From an uncultured archaeon (GTDB lineage Archaea; Asgardarchaeota; Lokiarchaeia; Sigyniarchaeales; SOKP01): DNA of 13,467 bases. The notes under the pieces are model-generated. The model saw nothing but the letters and a program-made list of their open reading frames with translations. It was not told where the DNA came from and did not search any database. Location: the NCBI GenBank assembly GCA_964493715.1, contig CAZBPC010000072.1, positions 1-13,467 on the forward strand. Reading direction: 5' to 3'. Made by a program: the position numbers and the translations under genes. Shown one piece after another: positions 1 through 7,307 of this stretch. How positions within the stretch are numbered: the first letter of the stretch is position 1; each line of letters starts with the position of its first letter.

Positions 1-444
1 ATGTAATCACGAACAATTTGATGTTAAAAAATGGCGCTATCCGTTCAAAAAATGCAACTGTTGATTCATAGTGATGGCGATAAGTAATTATGACCACAAA
101 CGTTTTGTTTCCAAAACCTTCCCAAGTTAAGGCTTCCATTCTATCGATATCGTTTTTAATTGAGCAGTCATGTATCCCCAATACATGGGAGTGGCAAAAA
201 CTATTGTGTCTGCCTTCCTATATGCAGAATAAATAGCTTCCATGTCATCTTTTATAGCACAATCATAATTTACTGAGGTTGCGCAGGTTAGGCATCCTTG
301 ACAGGGTGTAATATTCAATTCGTTGGTGTAGAAATGTTTTACTTCCTTCTCTCCATTAGTATTCAAGCCTCTTAGGAAATAATCGACTAATGTGTCTGAG
401 TTTTGATTTTTTCTAGGGCTACCATGCAATACTATAGTTTTCAT
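1..444 (-). pseudogene. Iron-sulfur flavoprotein / NADPH-dependent FMN reductase (flavodoxin-like) family, frameshifted near 149-150; 3' end runs off the window
   Basis: The N-terminus MKTIVLHGSPRKNQNS (FMN-binding loop), CQGCLTCATSVNYDC (Isf-type CX2CX2CX7C) and ADTIVFATPMYWGYMTAQLK are family motifs. The ORF stops early at 127, but the -1 frame continues IDRMEALTWEGFGNKTFVVIITYRHH... with no stop to base 1, restoring the family LKxxIDR motif. Start is ATG 444 or 450. Could be a sequencing error rather than a true pseudogene. Confidence 0.8.
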
Positions 445-618
445 AACCATAACCTTTCGCTCAAAAATACGTATATTATATCAAATAAAAATTATAAGAA
501 GTGGGCATTTGTGATCATGTTTGGAATAATTCTAATTGTTTCAGCTAGCCTTGCAATATTGGTTTTAATCTCACATTCTTAATTTATAAAACTTGAAGTT
601 TAGTCCGAAATCTGAATC

Positions 619-633
619 TTTTAAATTATATAA
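619..633 (+). promoter_or_regulatory. Candidate archaeal TATA box for the PHP hydrolase gene
   Basis: TTTTAAATTATATAA lies about 18-32 nt upstream of ATG 651. There is no SD site, consistent with a leaderless transcript. The AT-rich background lowers specificity. Confidence 0.35.
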
Positions 634-650
634 AGTTCAAGTACATATTG

Positions 651-2828
651 ATGTTTGAAGATAGAAAATTTCGTCATAAAAAATCTCCAAAGAAAATTCT
701 AACATATTTTATTCTGTTATTGTTTTTTATTATTGGAGCTTACACTACAACGACATATTTCTTTAATTTTATTGGTCTCATTATTGGTCTCGTTTATTTC
801 ATAATCATTCCTAACAAACAAGTGAAGAGATTGGGTATCTTATTATCTTGGACTGCTGGAATAACTACTATTATAATAATGAACATAGCTTTATCAAATG
901 CTTCTGGAGCTCCCGCTTTATCAACTGTGTATTTCGCACTTATTATTGGCCCCTCTTTTATAGCAGCATACCCAATTGGTGTCATAATTTGGAAAAAAAT
1001 AACTAAGCATAGAAATATATCTCATCATTTTTCTTTAAAGCTTCAGGAATTTAATAGAAGATTATCCAAAAATACAAAAGAAGCTCTCACGATTCTGATC
1101 GTAATCTTACCTTGCGTTTTTTGGTGGAGTGTAAATATAGATCTTAATGTCATGTTTGATAATGAAACTCGCCTTCTTTGGGTTCATGCACCTTCTACTG
1201 CTCAAATTGATTCAGACTTCATTGTAACTGTAGAAGCGTGGGACGCCTATGAGCGCTTAAGCGCAACCTATAGGGGAACGGTTGAGTTTTCAATAACATC
1301 TTATAATTTAACAGGCTATTCCTTGCTAGTAAATGTTAATGCAACACTTCCTGATAACTATACCTTTACAGGGCAAATTTTTGGTTCAGATATAGCGTAT
1401 GAAATACGCGATGGCAAGGATAATGGTTTACATGTTTTTAACGTAAGAATAAATACAATAGGGCTCCATTATCTTTTAGTCTCCGATTCTTTTACCAATA
1501 ACACGTACTGGAGCAATCCTGTAATTGTGAATAATTATACCAGTTATGACGAAAGAATATATTGGGGCGATATTCATGGCCATTCTGAAGTGTCTGACGG
1601 TTCTGGAACGCCAGAGCATCATTTTTACTATGCAAGGAACGTCGCTTGTTTAGACTTTAATGCTTTAACAGACCATGGAGAATTGGTCGGACTTCATGTT
1701 GGAGGATTAGATCATTTAGAAAAAGCAGCAAATGACGCGTATGAACCCGGCGCTTTTGTAACCTTCCCCGGAATCGAATGGACAAACACGCAAACTGGCC
1801 ACTACACTTGCATTTTTTCGGGTGATAAATTAATCAAGGAGCCCTTATTATCGTACATGGTTGTTCCAACAATTCAACAATTATGGGGCGCGTTGGATGC
1901 ATTTACAGCTTCTACTGGCTGCAAAGCTTTAGCATTACCTCATCATACCACCAAGGAGGAATATCCTCAAGACTGGACTTTAATTCATCCTAAATACGTT
2001 AAAATAGCGGAAGTAGTTTCTACTCATGGTGAGTGCTTGTTTGAACAACGAGACCCTTATAATTATATGGGTTGCGGAGATCCTCCTCCAGAATTCACTT
2101 ATGGAACTGCCATTATGGATGCTTTTAAAATGGGATATAAAATGACGTTATATGCCTCGAGTGACGAGCATGATGGTCATCCAGGTCATTCCTTAAGTCA
2201 TACTAATGCTTACATAGGACATCAAGATCCATGGACGATCTGGCCCAATAGAGTTGACTTACCTTATCCAGGAGGAATAACTGCGGTATTTGCATCAAAT
2301 CTCACAAGAGAATCAGTGTTCTCGGGTTTAGAAAATCAGCGAATTTATGCAACTTCTGATTATGGTCGTCCCTTCCTCTCTTTTACAATTAATGGTACTC
2401 GCGTCGGGGATGGTTCAGAGCTCCACGTATCGAATCCTACCGTTCATCGAGAATTAAACATTCTTTTTGTTCAAGATGGAGCGCCTGCGGCTAATAAGCG
2501 CCCCCAGGCTGCAAGCATTAGTCCTAGTTGGCAACCAAACTGGAATGCCAGAGTGGAAATTTTTAAAAATGGGGAATTGTTTTATACCCAAACTATTAGC
2601 ACTCCGATTGCAAATCTCACTTTTTTAGATACGGAATTAATTACAGGCACTTCCTTCACAAATAATTGTATCCAAAAAGCTGATGGAAAATATTACATTA
2701 ATGAATACAGCGACAATCCAATAAATCCAGATCTTTTAAACACGGGTGGAGCTGATTTTTATGTAATCCGAATCGTAGGAGATAATGGCAGATGCTGCTA
2801 TGCGGGACCAATATGGGTGGAATACTAA
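651..2828 (+). CDS. Membrane-anchored PHP-superfamily metallohydrolase (DUF3604 / CehA-McbA-like)
   Basis: About 5 N-terminal hydrophobic segments, then an Ig-like beta-rich region, then PHP motifs in order: YWGDIHGHSEVSDG, DFNALTDH, GIEWT, GH, PHH, SSDEH, GGITAV, RIYATS and C-terminal AGPIWV. Start is ATG 651 or TTG 648. Confidence 0.85.
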   Translation: MFEDRKFRHKKSPKKILTYFILLLFFIIGAYTTTTYFFNFIGLIIGLVYFIIIPNKQVKRLGILLSWTAGITTIIIMNIALSNASGAPALSTVYFALIIGPSFIAAYPIGVIIWKKITKHRNISHHFSLKLQEFNRRLSKNTKEALTILIVILPCVFWWSVNIDLNVMFDNETRLLWVHAPSTAQIDSDFIVTVEAWDAYERLSATYRGTVEFSITSYNLTGYSLLVNVNATLPDNYTFTGQIFGSDIAYEIRDGKDNGLHVFNVRINTIGLHYLLVSDSFTNNTYWSNPVIVNNYTSYDERIYWGDIHGHSEVSDGSGTPEHHFYYARNVACLDFNALTDHGELVGLHVGGLDHLEKAANDAYEPGAFVTFPGIEWTNTQTGHYTCIFSGDKLIKEPLLSYMVVPTIQQLWGALDAFTASTGCKALALPHHTTKEEYPQDWTLIHPKYVKIAEVVSTHGECLFEQRDPYNYMGCGDPPPEFTYGTAIMDAFKMGYKMTLYASSDEHDGHPGHSLSHTNAYIGHQDPWTIWPNRVDLPYPGGITAVFASNLTRESVFSGLENQRIYATSDYGRPFLSFTINGTRVGDGSELHVSNPTVHRELNILFVQDGAPAANKRPQAASISPSWQPNWNARVEIFKNGELFYTQTISTPIANLTFLDTELITGTSFTNNCIQKADGKYYINEYSDNPINPDLLNTGGADFYVIRIVGDNGRCCYAGPIWVEY

Positions 2829-2937
2829 TTGCTAAAAAATTAAATTTAATAAATCGATGAATCTTTACATGATCCATCGAGAGAGTCAACTTGATTATTA
2901 TTAAATATAAGTGTAAAGAGGATACAAAGGACATAAC

Positions 2938-3312
2938 TCATTTATGTACCTTTTTTTGCGTGAATAAAGTGCAAAGTATATCAATAACAATTCCGAAAAG
3001 AATCCCAGCGATAAAGCTTAACAGATCAAGTAAATTTGTTGATAAATAGAACTGCAGAGATATAATTAAACCTAAGAGAGCCCCTCTCAGTGTACTATTT
3101 ACCCATTTGGAACGAATGCCTTTTTTAATTAATAGTAAATCTCCAGCAAAGCCAATTACTAAACCCATAATTACTCGATTATACCATAATCCGATTAAAA
3201 TAACTTCGTTTCCTGACCATCCACCAATTCTTTCACTTGCACCTAAAATGCAGAAGATGCCTAATATTGCCCCAATAAATGTTGCAAATCCGATTCTTTT
3301 TAAGTTTATCAT
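2938..3312 (-). CDS. Hypothetical small integral membrane protein (about 4 TM helices)
   Basis: Four hydrophobic helices with GxxxG motifs (GAILG, GLVIG, GALLG, GILFG). ATG 3312 is preferred over TTG 3336 or ATG 3324 because a TTTAAAT TATA-like box lies about 25-30 nt upstream. Confidence 0.75.
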   Translation of the reverse strand: MINLKRIGFATFIGAILGIFCILGASERIGGWSGNEVILIGLWYNRVIMGLVIGFAGDLLLIKKGIRSKWVNSTLRGALLGLIISLQFYLSTNLLDLLSFIAGILFGIVIDILCTLFTQKKVHK

Positions 3313-3498
3313 TAAGATATGCATCCCAGCGAACAATTTAAATTCTCTGTTTATGAAATAGTGATTATTTAATAATAAAAAAGATGGAGGTAATTACCAA
3401 AGGATTTCGCTTTTGTTTCAATCTAAATCCATCTCTGTAGTAAACCATGTTCAAAATCAATTACTTTATCTCATGATGTTGTTTCATAAAACAGAATT

Positions 3499-4125
3499 TC
3501 AATTTTCCGTTGATTTTTCATCCAATATTTCATTGATAACGTTTTTAAAAACCTTATAAGGTTGAGCTCCAACAATCAGCCTGTCTTCAATAAGAAAAGT
3601 AGGAACCCCATTTATTCCGTATTTTCTTAATTCTTTTAAAGATTTTTGTAATTCTTTGAAAGGTTCGTCTGTATCCAAGAAGTTATCTATCTCACTCTTG
3701 TTTAATCCGACTGATTCAGCAAGATCGAATAAAAGATTTTTATCTCCAATATCCTTTCCTTCCAACCAATACGCATCTAGCACTAATTTGTGGAATTCTT
3801 CAAATTTTCCCTTTTTCCGAGCAAATTCAGAAATATAGAGAGCCATTCGGGAATTAGGCAATTTTTCTGCAAACTTAAGTGTTAAACCATCCTCATCCGC
3901 GAGACGCTTGACATTGGCAAATGCCATCTCTAAATATCCCTTAGGGAAAGGTAAATCTTCGGTTAATGCTCCTTCCCTTGGTGTTTCGGGATGAATCTCA
4001 AACGGCTTCCATTCAACAGCAAGATCGTACTCTTTTTTAAGTTGTTCTATTCGATGATATCCGATATAGCAGAATGGACAAATATAATCCGAATACGCGA
4101 TAACTTTTAACTTTATGTGATTCAT
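3499..4125 (-). CDS. DsbA-family (FrnE-like) thiol-disulfide oxidoreductase
   Basis: SDYICPFCYIG (CxxC), WKPFEIHP, PNS..A and GINGVPTF..GAQP (cis-Pro loop). No signal peptide, so probably cytoplasmic. Confidence 0.93.
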   Translation of the reverse strand: MNHIKLKVIAYSDYICPFCYIGYHRIEQLKKEYDLAVEWKPFEIHPETPREGALTEDLPFPKGYLEMAFANVKRLADEDGLTLKFAEKLPNSRMALYISEFARKKGKFEEFHKLVLDAYWLEGKDIGDKNLLFDLAESVGLNKSEIDNFLDTDEPFKELQKSLKELRKYGINGVPTFLIEDRLIVGAQPYKVFKNVINEILDEKSTEN

Positions 4126-4151
4126 TTGTAGGTTTAAGAAGAACGAACAAT

Positions 4152-4166
4152 CTATATACTTTTTTC
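4152..4166 (-). promoter_or_regulatory. BRE + TATA-like promoter of the DsbA-family gene
   Basis: The minus strand reads GAAAAAAG-TATATAG, with the TATA element 27-33 nt upstream of ATG 4125. This is typical archaeal leaderless or short-leader geometry. Confidence 0.5.
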
Positions 4167-4214
4167 AATTAAAAAATAAGAAAATTAGAAGTTTTAGTAT
4201 TAAACCAATTAATA

Positions 4215-4487
4215 TCAGTCAATTTTTTCTAAATTCCTATATTTTAATGATTTTGGGATTTTCCGGAATTCTTTCTGCAGAGATTTCTGTATATCTTCAA
4301 CTGAATGACCCTCTAAACAACAATAATATTCAAATGATAAATCCTCACTTTCAATATAATACCTACAATCAGAAGACACGTTTAAATTAAACCTAAATGT
4401 ATCTGCGTGATTCTTAAAACACACCCACTTATTGCAAACTATGCATTTTCCAACTTCTAACCCCGAATTACATATGTGACATCGCAT
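4215..4487 (-). CDS. Small Cys/His-rich putative zinc-finger protein
   Basis: C3-x2-C6-x8-C15-x2-C18-x4-C23-x3-H27, plus C41, C56, C57 and H61. A strong SD (GAGGTGA) lies 7 nt upstream of the ATG. Confidence 0.75.
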   Translation of the reverse strand: MRCHICNSGLEVGKCIVCNKWVCFKNHADTFRFNLNVSSDCRYYIESEDLSFEYYCCLEGHSVEDIQKSLQKEFRKIPKSLKYRNLEKID

Positions 4488-4494
4488 TTCATCA

Positions 4495-4501
4495 TCACCT
4501 C
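4495..4501 (-). promoter_or_regulatory. Shine-Dalgarno site for the zinc-finger ORF
   Basis: The minus strand reads aGAGGTGAtgatgaaATG, matching the archaeal-type GGAGGTGA consensus. Confidence 0.7.
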
Positions 4502-4632
4502 TTACTAAGCAAATATTTGGTAGATATTTGTTAGATCCTTATCTCAATACAATAATCTTATATTATGCATTTTAATATTAAAAATTTTTGAGTTAGATAA
4601 CCTTCTAAATGATGCAGGATATCTGCTTTTTT

Positions 4633-4668
4633 AATGATACCGAATATCATTCCTTTCGATACGAAAGG
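4633..4668. repeat. Two abutting 7-bp inverted repeats
   Basis: AATGATA-ccgaa-TATCATT (4633-4651) is directly followed by CCTTTCG-ata-CGAAAGG (4652-4668). Confidence 0.6.
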
Positions 4669-4725
4669 GTATTAAATTTATTTTTAAAAAATTAAAATTA
4701 ATTAAAATTAAAATTGATATGGTTT

Positions 4726-4741
4726 TTATAACTAGTTATAA
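4726..4741. promoter_or_regulatory. Perfect 16-bp palindrome, candidate operator at the start of the SIS-PfkB operon
   Basis: TTATAACTAGTTATAA is self-complementary and its last base is the A of ATG 4741. The operator role is inferred. Confidence 0.45.
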
Positions 4742-5988
4742 TGATGGATCAAAAAGATAAAATACTTAAATATGAGCAGAGGAAAAAGTTTGATTTTTTA
4801 GAAAATGACCCAATTGGTCGTATTGAAGCTACTACAGAATATCCTATCATGTATCATGCTTTAGGATCCAACCCACGCACGGAACATCCTTTTAACGTGT
4901 ATGATGATATTAAATCTGAACCTACTGCTATTGAGAAAACGCTTGAAATTGTATTGGATTCAATAAACCACGTTGTAGAGGAATTTTTAAGAAGAGAGAT
5001 CACGCACATCGTTGGAATAGGAATGGGTACTAGTCAATTCATAATGCAGGCTTCTGGACCTGCTTTTTGGGAGTGGGCTCACGTTACTTCGGAAGATAAG
5101 GATTCAGTAGAATGCCTTACTATTGATAAACCTTATGATTTTAAACACACTGCATTATTCGCATATAGCGGAAGTGGTAGTACAATTGATACAATATCGG
5201 CAACTAAAAAGTTAAAGGAAAAAGGGGTTTATTGTGTCGCGGTAACTTCAGTTGCTGGAAGCCCACTCACTAAAGAATGTGATGATGTAATAGTCTGTGC
5301 AGGAGGATTCGATACGGGAGGGTCGGATACTTTTCATTATGCAACAAGATTAGCGGCAAGTCTATTATTAGCTTTAGTACTTGGGGAGAAAAAAGGAATT
5401 AAAGACATAAACTTTCAAGATTTAAGAAATAAGTTGCATGAAATACCAAAATTGATGGTTGAAAGATGGGAATACAACGAACAGAGATGCAAGAGTGTTG
5501 CTACTAATGTTGATGATGTTCGAAGTGTAATCATTGTTGGAGCAGGCCCAAATTTTGGTACTGCAGAAGAAATGGAGTTGAAATTTGAAGAGATGGCACA
5601 TGTACCGGCTAAATCGATGGTTCCAACTCGTCATTTACATGGAGCACTAGGTTTAACCAATGAAAAAATCCTAACCATTTTGCTTTATCCCAAAAATAAT
5701 TCTGAGAAGTGGTTTACCCAAATTGCAAAATTTACACAGTTAGTTAAAAGTCCTTGTATCGCTATTTTACCAGATTCCGAAGAAAACATTGCTTCTTTAA
5801 TGGATTGGGTATGGCGTGTACCAATAGAAAATGAACACCTGTTTGGTTTGTATGTAGTACCTATTATTCAATTGTTACCCTATTTTTTTGCGCTTAAGCA
5901 AGGAACCATAAATCCAGATTGCCAAAAATCAAACATCCCGAAATATGCGAGGGCTTGGACGATGGTTTTAAAACCAGGAGGACATTAA
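4741..5988 (+). CDS. Double-SIS-domain sugar-phosphate isomerase/deaminase/deglycase (GlmS C-terminal / FrlB / AgaS-like)
   Basis: DIKSEP, GIGMGTS, YSGSGSTIDT, GSPL, VGAGPN..TAEEMELKFEEM, HLHGA and IQLL..A..G.NPD. There is no glutaminase domain. Confidence 0.88.
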   Translation: MMDQKDKILKYEQRKKFDFLENDPIGRIEATTEYPIMYHALGSNPRTEHPFNVYDDIKSEPTAIEKTLEIVLDSINHVVEEFLRREITHIVGIGMGTSQFIMQASGPAFWEWAHVTSEDKDSVECLTIDKPYDFKHTALFAYSGSGSTIDTISATKKLKEKGVYCVAVTSVAGSPLTKECDDVIVCAGGFDTGGSDTFHYATRLAASLLLALVLGEKKGIKDINFQDLRNKLHEIPKLMVERWEYNEQRCKSVATNVDDVRSVIIVGAGPNFGTAEEMELKFEEMAHVPAKSMVPTRHLHGALGLTNEKILTILLYPKNNSEKWFTQIAKFTQLVKSPCIAILPDSEENIASLMDWVWRVPIENEHLFGLYVVPIIQLLPYFFALKQGTINPDCQKSNIPKYARAWTMVLKPGGH

Positions 5989-6930
5989 ATGGGATTTAAG
6001 ATTGGAGTAGTAGGACCATTAAATATCGATATCATAATAAAGGGAAAAGCGCCTAGTAATTTACAAGAATTGAATGCCTGGTCTGGACCATCAGACATAC
6101 ATGTATTAGCTGCTGGAGCAGCGGGTTATATATCACAAAATTTTCAACAATTGGGTAATGAAGTTCACATTGTCTCTTCTATTGGAGATGATTCTTTCGG
6201 TAAACTGATTTTAGATATTTTAAAGAATTCAGGAATTAATACAAAATACATCTTGGTCGAACAAGGTAAGGAATGTGCTTTAGCTATCTTCATTTTACTC
6301 TTCGGCAGTGATAAACGACCTCTAACATTTCGATTACCAACTCACAGTGGATGGCCCCAAAAATTTGGAAAAAAAGTCGAAAAGTTCTTATTGAATACCG
6401 ATCTTCTGCATTCTGCAGGATATTTTCACTTCCCAAACCTGTGGAATGAAAACTTTACCGCATTACTTAAAAAAGCAAAATCTCAAGGTTTGAAGATATC
6501 AATGGACCCTCAGTTTCCATTATCAATGCTAGAACCTCCTTGGATTAACATTTTAAAACCATTAATCCCCTATATTGATATACTTTTGGTGGATCAATAT
6601 GAAGCCCTGAACATCACAGCTGAAGATTCAATTGAAAAAGCTGCTAAAACACTCTCAGAAGAGGGTTTTAACATAATCGCTATTAAATTAGGTGATAAAG
6701 GAGTACTCGTGAAAAATGCATCTATCATGAAGTACGTTCCTGCTACACAGCCTAAAAGATTTGTAGACACTATTGGAGCTGGAGATGCGTTTGATGCTGG
6801 TTTTTTACACGCGTTGTTAGAGGGAAGAGATTTAGTAAAGTCTGCCGAAATTGGTATATCAACTGCAACTAATAGCATTCAAAATGTGGGGGGCATAATT
6901 AATTTTTCTACAGTAGAGAAATTTATCTAA
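5989..6930 (+). CDS. PfkB/ribokinase-family carbohydrate kinase
   Basis: VVGPLNID, SIGDDSFG, KLGDKG and the signature VDTIGAGDAFDAGF. The start abuts the upstream stop (TAA-ATG), suggesting translational coupling. Confidence 0.93.
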   Translation: MGFKIGVVGPLNIDIIIKGKAPSNLQELNAWSGPSDIHVLAAGAAGYISQNFQQLGNEVHIVSSIGDDSFGKLILDILKNSGINTKYILVEQGKECALAIFILLFGSDKRPLTFRLPTHSGWPQKFGKKVEKFLLNTDLLHSAGYFHFPNLWNENFTALLKKAKSQGLKISMDPQFPLSMLEPPWINILKPLIPYIDILLVDQYEALNITAEDSIEKAAKTLSEEGFNIIAIKLGDKGVLVKNASIMKYVPATQPKRFVDTIGAGDAFDAGFLHALLEGRDLVKSAEIGISTATNSIQNVGGIINFSTVEKFI

Positions 6931-7307
6931 CTTACTGCTTTCGTAATTTAATTAAAATTCCTATGAAATAGTTTTATGAGGTTCTATTTTTCTATTCGAT
7001 TTTTGCATGGAATAAAGTCTTATAATATTATAAAGGCAAAATATAGAAATTTTTACAGTTAATATTACTAAAAGCAAGGTTTTAAAATAGTCATAACTGC
7101 TGGCGAAAGGATCAACTATTTGCAGATAGAGGGTATATAAACAAATCAGTAAATAGATGAATTGCGCCAGAGAAATCCAAAAAACGATGATTACTTAGCT
7201 CTTTATTTTGACTTTATAACGCTAATCGTAAATTGGGTATCTTTCCTGAAAACTTGAGGGTTTTATAATCCAAATATAATAAAAAGTTAATTAAGATTAA
7301 AAGGAAG

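Noticed and set aside
3340-3498. 27-aa minus-strand ORF (MVYYRDGFRLKQKRNPLVITSIFFIIK) between the DsbA-like and membrane-protein genes
   Set aside because: It is short, with no SD site and no motif, and such ORFs are expected by chance.
4609-4672. SECIS element, C/D box sRNA or hammerhead ribozyme interpretation of the hairpins
   Set aside because: There is no in-frame UGA selenoprotein nearby (the DsbA-like protein has plain CPFC), no proper box C/box D pair, and no CUGANGA core.
4688-4715. AAAATT tandem-like repeats as a CRISPR or satellite array
   Set aside because: They are very short, AT-only and low-complexity, with no spacers. This is ordinary promoter-region sequence.
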